40,379 bases of DNA from Candidatus Woesearchaeota archaeon B3_Woes (GTDB lineage: Archaea; Nanobdellota; Nanobdellia; Woesearchaeales; B3-WOES), in NCBI GenBank assembly GCA_005222965.1, contig NJBG01000001.1, positions 960,167 through 1,000,545 on the forward strand, in the 5' to 3' direction. The notes beneath the pieces are model-generated. The model was not told where the DNA came from. It ran no database searches and saw only the letters and a list, made by a program, of their open reading frames with translations. The first letter of the stretch is position 1; the number at the start of each line of letters is the position of its first letter. This document shows positions 9,631 through 20,359 of the stretch, in pieces. A program made the position numbers and the translations under genes.

Positions 9631-11700
9631 GTGACTAAATTCAAAAGAACAATTATAACAAGCGCACTACCTTATGTAAATAATGTACCTCATCTAGGTA
9701 CTACTGTTTGTGTTATTTCTGCAGATGTATTCACCAGATACCTTAAATCAAAAGGAGAAGATGCCATATATGTCTGCGGTACAGATGAACACGGAACAAC
9801 AGCAGAAGTTAAAGCCTTAGAAGAAGGACTAACACCAAGACAACTAGTTGATAAATATTTTAAGATTCATAAAAACATATATGAATGGTTTAACTGTGAT
9901 TTTGATTGTTTTGGAAGAACATCATCAGAAGACAACAAAGAAGTTGCAGTTGATATATTCAAAAAATTAGATAAAAATAATTTTATTATTGAAAATGTAC
10001 TAAAACAACCATTCTGTAAAAAATGCGACAAATTTCTATCAGACAGATATGTAGAAGGAACATGCCCTTTTTGCGATTATGAAGAAGCAAGAGGAGATCA
10101 ATGTGAAAACTGTGGAAAATTATTAAACGCCACAGAACTAAAAAAACCAAAATGCAAGGTATGCAATCAAAAACCAATTATAAAAGATACAAATCATTTG
10201 TTTATTGATCTTCCTAGAATAGAACCAGAACTAAAAAAATGGATTTCTAAAATACAAGACAAATGGTCTGATAATGCAAGAACAATGACAAATGCCTGGT
10301 TAAAAGAAGGCCTAAAAGAGAGATGCATAACTCGAGATTTAAAATGGGGAATTAAAGTTCCTAAAAAAGGCTATGAAAATAAAGTTTTTTACTCTTGGTT
10401 TGACGCACCAATTGGTTATATCGGAATAACAAAAGAAACAAAAAAAGACTGGCATGATTTATGGCATTCTCCTGATAAAACAAAACTAGTCCAGTTCATG
10501 GGCAAAGACAATATACCATTCCATACAATCTTATTTCCTGCCTTTTTGATTGGTGCAAAAGACAACTATACTTTATTGAATGAGATAAATGTTAATGAAT
10601 ATCTTAACTACGAAACAGGAAAATTCTCAAAATCAAGAGGAGAAGGTGTCTTTGGAGATGATGCAATTGAAACAGGAATCTGTGCAGATGCTTTTAGATA
10701 TTATATCCTAATTAACAGACCAGAAACATCTGATACAATATTTACTTGGGAAGATTTCCAAAGCAAAATAAACAATGAACTAGTCGCAAACATAGGAAAT
10801 TTAGTTAACAGAACAATCATTTTCATAAACAAATTTTTTAATGGAAAAGTCCCTAAAGGAAAAATTGACAAAAAGCTTGTCTCAAAACTTGAAAAAGAAT
10901 ATTCTCAAATTGGAAAATCTCTTGATAATATTAAACTAAAAGATGGTCTAAAGCAAATAATGAATGTTTCTAAAGTTGGAAATCAATTTTTCCAGGAAAA
11001 AGAACCATGGAAAACAAAAGATCAAGACGCTTTATTCACTTTAGCAAATGTTGTTAAAGATTTGGCAATCTTAATACAACCATTCCTACCAAAAACATCT
11101 GAATCAATATTTAAACAATTAAATATCAAACCACAAAAATGGAAAGAATTAGGAAAAACAACAATCAAACAAGACCATAAGCTAAATAAAGGAGAGTTAT
11201 TGTTTAAAAAACTTGAAGATAAAGAAGTAAAAGAATTCAAAGAAAGATTCCAAGGAAAAAATTCTGAACTTCCCCTAGATCTTAAAATTGGAAAAGTTTT
11301 AGAAATAGAAGACCATCCAGATGCAGATAAATTATATGTTTTACAAGTAGATTTAGGAAAAGAAAAGCGCCAATTAGTAGCTGGCCTAAAACCATACTAC
11401 AAAAAAGAGGAATTAAAAGGAAGAAATATAGTTGTAGTTACTAATCTAGAACCAGCAAAACTAAGAGGGGTTGAAAGCAAAGGCATGTTATTAGCAGGAG
11501 GAGATGATAATAACAATGTTGTTTTAGTTAATGCTGAAAACTCTTCACCAGGAGACGAAATATCCTCCTGCAAAAAACAAATAAATTTTGACGAATTCTT
11601 AAAAATTAAAATAATTGTAAAAAACAAGAAAATTTTAGCTAATAATCAAGTTCTAAAAGAAATTTCATGTGATATAAAAGATGGTTCTAGGGTACGCTAA
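9631..11700 (+). CDS. metG: Methionine--tRNA ligase with C-terminal tRNA-binding domain
   Basis: ALPYVNNVPHLG, GTDEHGT, zinc knuckles, KFSKS, C-terminal HPDADKLY...SKGMLLA; GTG start. Confidence 0.98.
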   Translation: MTKFKRTIITSALPYVNNVPHLGTTVCVISADVFTRYLKSKGEDAIYVCGTDEHGTTAEVKALEEGLTPRQLVDKYFKIHKNIYEWFNCDFDCFGRTSSEDNKEVAVDIFKKLDKNNFIIENVLKQPFCKKCDKFLSDRYVEGTCPFCDYEEARGDQCENCGKLLNATELKKPKCKVCNQKPIIKDTNHLFIDLPRIEPELKKWISKIQDKWSDNARTMTNAWLKEGLKERCITRDLKWGIKVPKKGYENKVFYSWFDAPIGYIGITKETKKDWHDLWHSPDKTKLVQFMGKDNIPFHTILFPAFLIGAKDNYTLLNEINVNEYLNYETGKFSKSRGEGVFGDDAIETGICADAFRYYILINRPETSDTIFTWEDFQSKINNELVANIGNLVNRTIIFINKFFNGKVPKGKIDKKLVSKLEKEYSQIGKSLDNIKLKDGLKQIMNVSKVGNQFFQEKEPWKTKDQDALFTLANVVKDLAILIQPFLPKTSESIFKQLNIKPQKWKELGKTTIKQDHKLNKGELLFKKLEDKEVKEFKERFQGKNSELPLDLKIGKVLEIEDHPDADKLYVLQVDLGKEKRQLVAGLKPYYKKEELKGRNIVVVTNLEPAKLRGVESKGMLLAGGDDNNNVVLVNAENSSPGDEISSCKKQINFDEFLKIKIIVKNKKILANNQVLKEISCDIKDGSRVR

Positions 11701-12301
11701 GTGTTCCTTGTAAACCCATCAATACAAAAGATACAAAAATCATCAAACCATAGACAGTTTTATTCCACTTAAGAATCTTCTTACCATCAAACATTGGGAA
11801 AGGCAATAGATTAAATAAAGCCAGCCAGGAATTAACAACAAAACCATAATACGAAATAACACCCACAGCATTTCCAATAGACATAGAATTAATATACAAG
11901 AAGATTATTGCCAGAATGATATTTGTTCCAGGACCCCATGCTGATATTTTTCCATTTCTTTTTATTCCAACTGGTCCGGAAATCATTACAGCACCAGGAG
12001 CAGCAAAAACAAAACCAAAAAAAGACATAAGTAAAGCAAATCCAAGCATTTTATCAAAACTTCTAAACTCAGCAAAGCAGCCATATTTCTGAGCTACTAT
12101 TTTATGTCCTAACTCATGAAATATAAAAGCAGTACCTACTGTCAGTAAAGAGACGACCCACGCCAATAAAAAATCAATACTCAAAGAAAACCCTTGAAAA
12201 ACAATTGCAAAAGCCAGAGATAAAATAATCCATGCTCTACTCAAATCTTTTATTTCTCTCTCAGAAATATTAAAACCAGGTTTTAGTGCTTTTTTTAACA
12301 T
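11687..12301 (-). CDS. M50 family (site-2-protease-like) membrane metalloprotease
   Basis: HELGH within TM segment, FNLLPFPMFDG. Confidence 0.88.
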   Translation of the reverse strand: MLKKALKPGFNISEREIKDLSRAWIILSLAFAIVFQGFSLSIDFLLAWVVSLLTVGTAFIFHELGHKIVAQKYGCFAEFRSFDKMLGFALLMSFFGFVFAAPGAVMISGPVGIKRNGKISAWGPGTNIILAIIFLYINSMSIGNAVGVISYYGFVVNSWLALFNLLPFPMFDGKKILKWNKTVYGLMIFVSFVLMGLQGTLSVP

Positions 12302-12309
12302 TTTAAGAA

Positions 12310-12888
12310 TTATACTTCTTGATTAGCAACACCAGCAGCAAACAATCTGTGCTTTTCCTGTCCACTAAGCTCAGACACGATCCTCCTGATTATTGCTTTT
12401 TCAGGATCAGGCATTAATTTTACTCTTTTCTTTATATCATCAAAACTTTCAAAAGACTTTTCATCTCTTGCATCTATTATTTCCCACATATGTTTTTTCC
12501 CAACACCAGGCAATAATTCTAATTGATGCATTCTGGTTGTTAATGGCTGAGCCTTGTTAAAAAATTCTATAAATTTCTCAGGATGTTTATGAACAACATT
12601 TTTAATAACGTCTTTTAATACAGATGATCCCGTAGCAGTTAATTTGTCCATATCTAATCTTCCAGTTATATGATGAATCTTGTCTCTTTTACCTTCACCA
12701 ATATAAACCTCTTCATTTGGTTGTAATGTTACTCCTTTTTTTGGAACTAACTCTAACAAAACCAATTGATTTTTACCCAACACCTGTACAATTGCATTCT
12801 TTTTGTACGAAGGAGTTTTGTCAAATGGATAACCATTAGGTAAAAAATCCAGTACAATAGCTACTTCTTCTTTTGGCATCATTTTCAA
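12310..12888 (-). CDS. DUF655 putative RNA-binding protein
   Basis: VLDFLPNG, RMHQLELLPGVGKK HhH motif; conserved archaeal synteny with rpoF and rpl21e. Confidence 0.9.
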   Translation of the reverse strand: MKMMPKEEVAIVLDFLPNGYPFDKTPSYKKNAIVQVLGKNQLVLLELVPKKGVTLQPNEEVYIGEGKRDKIHHITGRLDMDKLTATGSSVLKDVIKNVVHKHPEKFIEFFNKAQPLTTRMHQLELLPGVGKKHMWEIIDARDEKSFESFDDIKKRVKLMPDPEKAIIRRIVSELSGQEKHRLFAAGVANQEV

Positions 12889-12920
12889 TACAACCCAATT
12901 CTGGGCGTAACCACCCTCAA

Positions 12921-13268
12921 TTATTCTTGATATTTTTTAACACATTCTGCAATTTTTTTAAAATTCTCATTAGTGACTGTAACAGTATATCCTTGTAAAA
13001 TCCCTTTGACTTCTTCAGCTGATCCAGGAACTAAATCAACTATTTTTATGATATGTTCTTCTTTTAATCTTGGAATTTTGAGCTTTTCTAATTTTTCTTT
13101 TAATTCCTGTTCTTTTTTTGAGCTTAAGATAGTGAATTGATTTAGGTATTCCTCAGTTTTTTCTGCTCTGAAGTTAAGTTTCCCTTCTTTTTTCTTTATC
13201 TTGTTTATTTCTTCTTTTAATTCTGCCATTGAAATTGGCGTATCTTGAATTATTTCTGGTTTTACCAT
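12921..13268 (-). CDS. rpoF: RNA polymerase subunit Rpo4 (F)
   Basis: Size, KIVDLVP motif, position between rpl21e and DUF655. Confidence 0.85.
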   Translation of the reverse strand: MVKPEIIQDTPISMAELKEEINKIKKKEGKLNFRAEKTEEYLNQFTILSSKKEQELKEKLEKLKIPRLKEEHIIKIVDLVPGSAEEVKGILQGYTVTVTNENFKKIAECVKKYQE

Positions 13269-13277
13269 TTTTCCTCC

Positions 13278-13565
13278 TTAGATCTTCTTTAAATGTATTG
13301 GATGAACTATCACAGACTTTTCTTTGTTCTGATCAGTTATTGCAACATAATATGCTCTTCCTTGTTTTGATTTCACAACCCCCATTTTACCATAAAATCT
13401 TAAAGGGAACATTCCTCTCTGATAACTTGAATCTGCTACTAGTTGTACTTTATCTCCTTCCTTAAAACTCTGGAAAAATCCTCTAATATTGATCTTTCCC
13501 CTTTTTCTTATTTTTCCAGTTAATTTTTGTCTTGATTTTCTTCTAGGTCCGCCTTTTCTATTCAT
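13278..13565 (-). CDS. rpl21e: 50S ribosomal protein L21e
   Basis: GDKV, RFYGKMGVV, GRAY, VHPIHLK. Confidence 0.95.
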   Translation of the reverse strand: MNRKGGPRRKSRQKLTGKIRKRGKINIRGFFQSFKEGDKVQLVADSSYQRGMFPLRFYGKMGVVKSKQGRAYYVAITDQNKEKSVIVHPIHLKKI

Positions 13566-13659
13566 TTAATTCCACCCTCTTATTGTAAATATAACTACTT
13601 CAAACTAATATATGTAAAGAACTATTATAAAAAGCTTTTGGTTAATCAAGAACTATTAA

Positions 13660-15057
13660 CTATTTCTTATACGGATTACTTGTTCTCTTTTTCTGAATAT
13701 ATGCTACTGCTTTCTTACCATCACTTTTCATATGAACAGTATCTCCTGTTTCAACTTGATAAAAGAAATGATTTATATCTCTCATATCTCCCTCGACACC
13801 CATAGCAGGAATACCTAAATCTCTTGCTACAGTCATTGCATGAGAAGTTTGCATTGCGTCATTACAAGTAATAATTGCTTTTTTATTCTTAGTAAGATTT
13901 GCCATACCTGCAAAAGTTTCATCTAATCTGTCACACACAAGGACGTATTCATCAAATAAATCGTTTCCTCTTTTCCATTGATCATTAAAATAATGCATTA
14001 CAGATTCATCTGTCATCATCTCATAACCAAGCGCAGAGCAAAAAGTCTGATAATCTGGATTTTGTGCAAGCTTACTGTTTTGAAGAAAATCATCTGCTCG
14101 TTCATCAATTCTATCTCCAGCTCCAATAATATCAGCGTGTCCTACATGTACTAGTAAGGTTCTTAATCCTGACTTACTTGTTGTAACATATGCGGGCAGA
14201 ACTGTTTCTCCTGCTATTCCATTGCAAATCTCGCTTTCTATATAAGGAACATCATCAGGTATTTGCATATCTAATTGATAAGCATACGGCTTAACTTTTG
14301 GAAGTTGCCTAATTTGAACGAACTTAGGCAACTGCTGAGGAGCCAATAAGAATTCAACCTGAACAACTCCATCAAGACCTAATCCTTCTTTTGCTTTTCT
14401 TGCACAATAAACTGCATGATGAGATTCTCCTTCTGAAAGCCAACCTCTTGGTTTGTCTCCAGGTTTAATCTCCAACTTAAAACCTTTTGGAAGAAATTCA
14501 TCTAAAAAAGCATATTCTGTTTCATTATGTGATGATCTGCCATTAGAATCAATCGCTTCGGTAACTGCTTTGTTCTCTTCAAGTTGAATAACCCCTTTTT
14601 CTAAAGCATTTGTTACTTGTTCTTGAACAATAATTGCCATATCTTCAGTTATATCAACTTCCATTTTCTCTGCATAATTAGCAACTTCTATGAGCCATGC
14701 AGACTCTATAATATCATAAAGAGCGACTGTCAATGATTTATAGTTATTCAAGTCAGGAATAGATCTAAACATTCCGGCAAAACTAGCTTTTACACCATCT
14801 TCTAGAGGAGAAGATGATCTTGCAATAACAGGATTTGTTAACTTGTTATATGCTTGTTCTGCATATTTAAAATCAAAAGTGAGACCTTCATCTGGTTTTC
14901 TCTCTGTACCTACTGGAACTATAAAGAAATTAGGAACTTCAAATAAACCTGTTTGTTGTGCAAACTGATATAATCTAAGTAGATTAAATCCTTTTCCTCC
15001 TACAACATCTCTAGTAAGAGTTTTAGGATCACTTCCAGCCCAAATTAAACCAGTCAT
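13660..15057 (-). CDS. PPDK/PEP-synthase-like protein (ATP-grasp plus phosphohistidine swivel domain, no PEP-binding barrel)
   Basis: VGGKGFNL, ARSSSPLEDG..SFAGMF, IVQEQV, VQIRQL; C-terminal TSHAMTVARDLGIPA; TATA at 15081 favours ATG 15057. Confidence 0.8.
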   Translation of the reverse strand: MTGLIWAGSDPKTLTRDVVGGKGFNLLRLYQFAQQTGLFEVPNFFIVPVGTERKPDEGLTFDFKYAEQAYNKLTNPVIARSSSPLEDGVKASFAGMFRSIPDLNNYKSLTVALYDIIESAWLIEVANYAEKMEVDITEDMAIIVQEQVTNALEKGVIQLEENKAVTEAIDSNGRSSHNETEYAFLDEFLPKGFKLEIKPGDKPRGWLSEGESHHAVYCARKAKEGLGLDGVVQVEFLLAPQQLPKFVQIRQLPKVKPYAYQLDMQIPDDVPYIESEICNGIAGETVLPAYVTTSKSGLRTLLVHVGHADIIGAGDRIDERADDFLQNSKLAQNPDYQTFCSALGYEMMTDESVMHYFNDQWKRGNDLFDEYVLVCDRLDETFAGMANLTKNKKAIITCNDAMQTSHAMTVARDLGIPAMGVEGDMRDINHFFYQVETGDTVHMKSDGKKAVAYIQKKRTSNPYKK

Positions 15058-15238
15058 AATAAGATTGTTAAATTTCATCTTTTATAAATGTTCCGATTTA
15101 TAACCACTAAATAGTGATTAATTTTACTGAAAAGTCCTCTTAATATGAATATGTGTCTTTTTAAAACGCTTTGTAAGGGTAGATTTTATAGCCCAATAAA
15201 ATAGCAATTTTTATAAATGGTTAAGGTAAATTTTTCTT

Positions 15239-15802
15239 ATGATTAAAGAAATTTCTGATAACATATGGAAATTATCAGTTAACTCAAATATATATCTCTT
15301 AAATTTTGAAGAACCAATTCTAGTAGATGCTGGTGATAGATCGTATCATGATGAAGTTCTAAAAGAAATAAGCAAAATTATTTCTCCAGAAAAAATATCT
15401 AAGGTTTTATTTACCCATCTTCACTATGATCATACTGGAAATATTGATATGTTTCCCAATGCAGAATTCTTTGCACATGAAAAAGAGATAAAATCTTATA
15501 ACAAAGACTCATACAAAACAATACTAAATGATGATTTATTTAACAAATTTAAAATTAAATTGAAACCATTACCAGAGAAGATATTAAATCTTAAAGTTAT
15601 CCATACACCAGGCCATACAAAAGGAAGTGTTTGCTTTTACTTAAAAGAAAAAAACATCATGTTTTCAGGAGATACTTTGTTTCTTAATAATAATCACGGA
15701 AGAACAGATCTGCCAAGCTCTATTCCAGAAAAAATGCAGGAATCACTGGATAAAATTTCTAAATATAAGATTAATATTCTATGCCCTGGTCATGATTATT
15801 AA
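15239..15802 (+). CDS. Metallo-beta-lactamase fold hydrolase (glyoxalase II-like)
   Basis: THLHYDHTG, HTPGHTKGS, FSGDTLF, PGHD. Confidence 0.92.
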   Translation: MIKEISDNIWKLSVNSNIYLLNFEEPILVDAGDRSYHDEVLKEISKIISPEKISKVLFTHLHYDHTGNIDMFPNAEFFAHEKEIKSYNKDSYKTILNDDLFNKFKIKLKPLPEKILNLKVIHTPGHTKGSVCFYLKEKNIMFSGDTLFLNNNHGRTDLPSSIPEKMQESLDKISKYKINILCPGHDY

Positions 15803-16158
15803 CAATTCTTATAATAAACAGCTTTGTACGTATTTAATTGGGTAAAGTATGATCTTAAATCCTTTAATGAAGGAAGAAGAGTATTTATTCTCTTTGTAGA
15901 AGAAGCTTTGACATTTAATCTTTCTGTTGGTGAAAAATGATCTCCTGTCACTTCCATCAAAACATCATCTAAATTTTGAGGCAAATCTCCTTGAATTCTT
16001 TTGTTAGTTTCTTCTAATTCATGATGATTAAAAACATGCCATATTGATCTTATGTATAAAAGACAAGCCTGGCTATTAGATGCTAATTTTATTCCAGCTA
16101 ATTCCTTAGATGTCAGATGAAGATGATAATAATTCCTCAATGTATCTTTATAATTCAT
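15799..16158 (-). CDS. Hypothetical protein
   Basis: 119-aa ORF with upstream TATA-like box; no recognised motif. Confidence 0.55.
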   Translation of the reverse strand: MNYKDTLRNYYHLHLTSKELAGIKLASNSQACLLYIRSIWHVFNHHELEETNKRIQGDLPQNLDDVLMEVTGDHFSPTERLNVKASSTKRINTLLPSLKDLRSYFTQLNTYKAVYYKNC

Positions 16159-16237
16159 CTCAAGAAAGGATAACGGTTCGTTTATAAGTCTTTCCTTTAA
16201 GAAACATTTTTATACTTTAAAATTTTAATATATCCTA

Positions 16238-16552
16238 ATGAGAAAAATAATCTTTATCATACTGAGTTTATTCTTAATAAGTGCATGCAGTTCTATTCAG
16301 GAATTAACAACAACACAAATCTCTTCTGTCGCTGAAAAATTTATACAAGATATTGCAGAAGAAAATACAGAAGAAGGAACAGACATAACAACAAAAATAA
16401 CAGATATAAAAAAAGTAAATACACACTGGGAAGTTGATTATCAGATAAATATTAGCAATAGTTTAAATTACGTTTTATTAGAACGTACTTTAAAGTTAAA
16501 TAACAAAGGCCAGATTATAGACGATATTTCTAAATCAAAAACAAAAGAATGA
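16238..16552 (+). CDS. Putative secreted/lipoprotein
   Basis: MRK, hydrophobic stretch, LISAC lipobox-like motif. Confidence 0.65.
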   Translation: MRKIIFIILSLFLISACSSIQELTTTQISSVAEKFIQDIAEENTEEGTDITTKITDIKKVNTHWEVDYQINISNSLNYVLLERTLKLNNKGQIIDDISKSKTKE

Positions 16553-16605
16553 ACACCACAGACTCTTTGATTGGTTGAGAAGCTGAGAAGTTGCCATGAA
16601 GCGCG

Positions 16606-17544
16606 CTATAAATTATTTTCAAAAATTTTGAGAGTTTTAATCAAAGTAGAAGCGTACTCTTTTGCAATTTCTCTATAACTTTCTCCAGGAAGTTCGTTGT
16701 TATAATATAAAATTATCCCTCTGGGTAAACCTTGCTTAAAATCTGCTTTAAATATTCGAATTTTTTCTTTGTCTATGAACTGACCCATCTGTAAAACAAT
16801 CCAATTTTCAGAACTTCTATCAATTTCGTAATTTGGATATTCTCCGCTTTCTAATTTTGGTCTTCTTTTTATTCTAAAGTATTTTGGTTTTGTGTTTTTG
16901 TCATGTTCGGTAAATAGAATTTTTGATTCATATATTACTCCCGATCTTATTCTCTCTAGCTCTTGCTCCAAAAACTTTGGATAGTCGTCCTCATTTACAT
17001 TATTTGGTATATCAATAGTAGGAAGATAAACTTTAGGGTCATATTCTTTATAAGTATTACTTAAAAGTTCTCCCACTATTTTTTGATCTCTTTCTGATAA
17101 TTTTTCTATAAACTCTTCTAAAGTTCCAGGATAAACCTTTAAAATTTTAGGAAAACCTAAATCTAAAACAAGACCCTCAAAATTAATTTGCGAAACGCAC
17201 TCACAAGAATAAAATAAGTCGGACATGATAATCTCATTTTCTTGGTTAAGCCTAGAATATTTTCTTTTAATTTTATCTATATCTATAAATCGTTCAAAAG
17301 CAAGTCTCCCTAATTTTTTAGTTACCTTTATTTCTAAATAGCCATGGGGACATCTATCTTTATCATTCATTCTATATCCTAAATCAACTTGAACATGTTT
17401 TCTTAAATCTTCTGGAAGGAATTCATTTAGCATAATTCCTCTGCTGCCCTCTCCCGGTCTTGGTTTTTTGAGAAGAATATCTATTATTTTGTCTAAAGGT
17501 TTTTGCCGAATAATTTCCTTTTGTTTTTTGACCATTTTGACCAC
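16606..17544 (-). CDS. Hypothetical protein
   Basis: 312-aa ORF divergent from TrmB gene; no recognised motif. Confidence 0.65.
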   Translation of the reverse strand: MVKMVKKQKEIIRQKPLDKIIDILLKKPRPGEGSRGIMLNEFLPEDLRKHVQVDLGYRMNDKDRCPHGYLEIKVTKKLGRLAFERFIDIDKIKRKYSRLNQENEIIMSDLFYSCECVSQINFEGLVLDLGFPKILKVYPGTLEEFIEKLSERDQKIVGELLSNTYKEYDPKVYLPTIDIPNNVNEDDYPKFLEQELERIRSGVIYESKILFTEHDKNTKPKYFRIKRRPKLESGEYPNYEIDRSSENWIVLQMGQFIDKEKIRIFKADFKQGLPRGIILYYNNELPGESYREIAKEYASTLIKTLKIFENNL

Positions 17545-17605
17545 TCAACAATAGAAAACCAAAATCTTTATATATTAATTATGCACCACTACCAATGGTG
17601 GTGAA

Positions 17606-18367
17606 ATGGAAGATATAAAATATTTACTTAAGGAATTGGGATTAACAGAATATGAGACAAAAGCTTATTTATCACTCTTGCAATTAGAGAAATCCATAAC
17701 TGCATACAAACTCAGTAAAATTTGTGGGGTGCCCTTTGGAAGAATTTATGATATTATGGACAATTTAGTTTCTAAAGGAATAGTTATACTTGAACCGGGA
17801 AAACCAAAAAGATTTAAGGCAATTGAACCGAAAATAGCAGTTTCTGCTTTGCTAACTAAGAAAGATGTGGAATGGCAACAAACTAAAATCAAAATAAAAG
17901 ATATAGTAAATAAACTTCAAAGAAAAATCACAAGCGAAGAGCCAGTAACCATGATGAAAGGAAAAGAGGTTCTTCTCTGGAAAATTTTGGAAATTTATAG
18001 CAAAGCAAAAAAAGAAGTTTTGATAATTGCTGGAACATTAGGAGCAAAAAGAAAAGGAATAGATCTTGGGAATTGTGCAAGAGAAGGTATCAAAAAAGGA
18101 GTAAAATTTAAGATGATTATTCCATCAGTTAAAGAAGTTAAACAACCAATTAAAGAGTTGGTAAAAGTAGGTATAGATATAAGAGAATATCCTATTAAAG
18201 GAATTAGATTTAGCATTATCGATGAAAAGTTATGTTTTTTAAGTATAGAAGATCAAAAATTTTCATATAAAACTGCAACTATAATAGTGGAATCTGAAAT
18301 ATTTAGTAAAGCTATGAAAGAATTCTTTAATGGAATTTGGGAAAAGGCCAGAGTAGTGAAAAAATAG
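17606..18367 (+). CDS. TrmB family transcriptional regulator
   Basis: LGLTEYETKAYLSLL...VPFGRIYDIMDNLVSKG HTH plus effector domain (AKKEVLI, IIDEK). Confidence 0.92.
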   Translation: MEDIKYLLKELGLTEYETKAYLSLLQLEKSITAYKLSKICGVPFGRIYDIMDNLVSKGIVILEPGKPKRFKAIEPKIAVSALLTKKDVEWQQTKIKIKDIVNKLQRKITSEEPVTMMKGKEVLLWKILEIYSKAKKEVLIIAGTLGAKRKGIDLGNCAREGIKKGVKFKMIIPSVKEVKQPIKELVKVGIDIREYPIKGIRFSIIDEKLCFLSIEDQKFSYKTATIIVESEIFSKAMKEFFNGIWEKARVVKK

Positions 18368-18380
18368 AAACTTAGTTAAA

Positions 18381-18695
18381 TTACTCTAATTTTTTTGGTA
18401 TTTTTATTTTAAACATATTTTTATATGCTTCAACTTCATATGAAATATTTTTATATGCTTTATTATAATTTTTATACTTAAGAATGTTTATTAGTAGCTC
18501 AATTAACCATTTAAAATAAAATTGAAAGAAACCCTTTTTTCTTATTTGAATAATATGAATCCATTCATGATGAGTAATTCTTTTCTTAAAAGATATTGGC
18601 TCAGAATGCCTTATGAAAATATAAGGATAGAGAGTTATTCCATTTTTTTTAAATAATCTAGGTAGCCAATGATTATACCTAATTTTTATTTTCAT
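18381..18695 (-). CDS. Small zincin-like protein (HExxH)
   Basis: GITLYPYIF, HHEWIHIIQ, ISYEVEAY. Confidence 0.7.
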   Translation of the reverse strand: MKIKIRYNHWLPRLFKKNGITLYPYIFIRHSEPISFKKRITHHEWIHIIQIRKKGFFQFYFKWLIELLINILKYKNYNKAYKNISYEVEAYKNMFKIKIPKKLE

Positions 18696-18714
18696 ATAAT
18701 AATCACCTAGAAAA

Positions 18715-18951
18715 CTATCTACCTCTCAAATTCCAATACTCTATAAAAACCAAAACCCCAATTATTATAAAAAGCATATACCATTTTATACTTAATATAA
18801 GAATAATTAAACCTAAAACACACAAAATCAAAACCAAATAAAAGCATAACAATATTCTTTTTATCCACTCAACATCTAAAAAATTAATATTATCCATAGC
18901 AGTTTTATGTAAGCCATTTATTGTTTTCCAAACTAAACTTTCAAATTCCAT
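18715..18951 (-). CDS. Small membrane hypothetical protein
   Basis: Two hydrophobic segments; ORF-track extension to 19065 reads through the att-like repeat and is probably non-coding. Confidence 0.5.
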   Translation of the reverse strand: MEFESLVWKTINGLHKTAMDNINFLDVEWIKRILLCFYLVLILCVLGLIILILSIKWYMLFIIIGVLVFIEYWNLRGR

Positions 18952-19006
18952 TCTAATATAACATATAGCACAAAACCCATTTAAATATTTTTCTAAAAAG
19001 AAAGCT

Positions 19007-19060
19007 CCACGGCCCAGACTAGATACTTTTTGTACCCCTAAGATGGCGCCAATTAAAAAA
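19007..19060 (-). repeat. attR-like site: 12-bp copy of tRNA-Ser 3' end plus arm shared with 20408-20461
   Basis: CCACGGCCCAGA (19007-19018) identical to 22901-22912; 48/54 identity to 20408-20461. Confidence 0.85.
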
Positions 19061-19074
19061 TACACTTTTTAAAT

Positions 19075-20304
19075 TTAAGCATTTTCTTCTTTTATTTCTG
19101 GATTTCTTGGTACAATAAATCTTGAATAAATAAAACTAAAAATCATTGCAAGAATATTTGTGCTCAAAACCAATAAAAGAACTATTTCTGTTAGTGAAGG
19201 AATCACAATTTGCTCTTTTAATGGAATAAATGCTAATACAGTTGCAATAAACCCCCGAGGTATCATTGTAACTATTATGAATGAATAGGGTTTAAGTGTT
19301 TTATCTATCTTTACTACTATATTTAGACTAATTAATCTTACAAAGATTATTATCAATAAAACAATTCCTACAATCACCAAGATCAAATTAGTGATATTTT
19401 TTAAATTAAATATTGCACCAATCAAGACAAAAAAGAAAACTCTCACTAAGAATGAAATATCTTCCTGAACAGACCTTATAGATTTGATTATCTTTTTTGC
19501 AGGATCATAAACAACCTCTTTTGGGCCAATAAATTTTTTATGGATAGCAGGATAGTTTCCAATAAGTAAGCTAAATACAAGAACAGCTATTAAACCCTCA
19601 CCATTTAAAAGCTCTGTCAAGCCGTATAACAAGAATAATGCTCCAACTGAAGAGATATAATTAAGTCTTGGTAATTCGATCTTTTTGAGTATATTAATCC
19701 AAATGTATCCTATAATAAATCCTAAAACAACCGCAATAGAGATACTCGAAAAGATTGATTTCAAAATATGCCCCCCTACAAGCTGTTTGTTTATTAACAG
19801 AATAACACTAACACCAAAGATTATTGTAAAATCATTGATTACTGTTTCAAGAAAGATGAGATGTTTTGTATTATAACTTACATTTAATTTATTTATTAGT
19901 GTCATTGCAGTGACTGTTGTAGTTCCACTAGCAATCACACCCAAAAGAAGAGCATGTAAAAGTTGCCAATTAAAAAATGAATAAAGTATAAAACCAATAA
20001 AAAAAGTGCTTAATACACCTATCATAATTGTAAATAAAAAGGACCTACCCAATCTTTTAAGAACCTTAAAAACATTAAAGTTTAAACCACAATCAAGCAA
20101 AACAATCATTAATGCTAGGATAGAAACAAAAGGAACTATTGGTAATAGAACATCTACCTTTATGAACCCAAACACCGGCCCAATCAAAAGACCTATAACA
20201 ATCAAGAATATTGATTCGGGTACCTTTGTTTTTTGATAGGATATCCTACCAAGATAACCTATGATAATTATCAAACCTATAGTAATGAATATGTTTTGAA
20301 TCAT
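19075..20304 (-). CDS. Cation:proton antiporter (NhaP/CPA1 type)
   Basis: Many TM segments, P...LI..GLLIGP, LETVIND (ES..ND motif), FFFVLIG, IPRG. Confidence 0.88.
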   Translation of the reverse strand: MIQNIFITIGLIIIIGYLGRISYQKTKVPESIFLIVIGLLIGPVFGFIKVDVLLPIVPFVSILALMIVLLDCGLNFNVFKVLKRLGRSFLFTIMIGVLSTFFIGFILYSFFNWQLLHALLLGVIASGTTTVTAMTLINKLNVSYNTKHLIFLETVINDFTIIFGVSVILLINKQLVGGHILKSIFSSISIAVVLGFIIGYIWINILKKIELPRLNYISSVGALFLLYGLTELLNGEGLIAVLVFSLLIGNYPAIHKKFIGPKEVVYDPAKKIIKSIRSVQEDISFLVRVFFFVLIGAIFNLKNITNLILVIVGIVLLIIIFVRLISLNIVVKIDKTLKPYSFIIVTMIPRGFIATVLAFIPLKEQIVIPSLTEIVLLLVLSTNILAMIFSFIYSRFIVPRNPEIKEENA

Positions 20305-20359
20305 TTATTTTATCTACTGCTAATCTTATATAAATATATTTCTATTAAGAAAAAATCAG

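Noticed and set aside
16553..16605. GC-richer gap with TGAGAAG duplicate
   Set aside because: Too short, no convincing structure or second copy
18952..19065. N-terminal extension of ORF 18715-19065 and ORF 20233-20442
   Set aside because: Translate through att repeats and TATA boxes; likely non-coding
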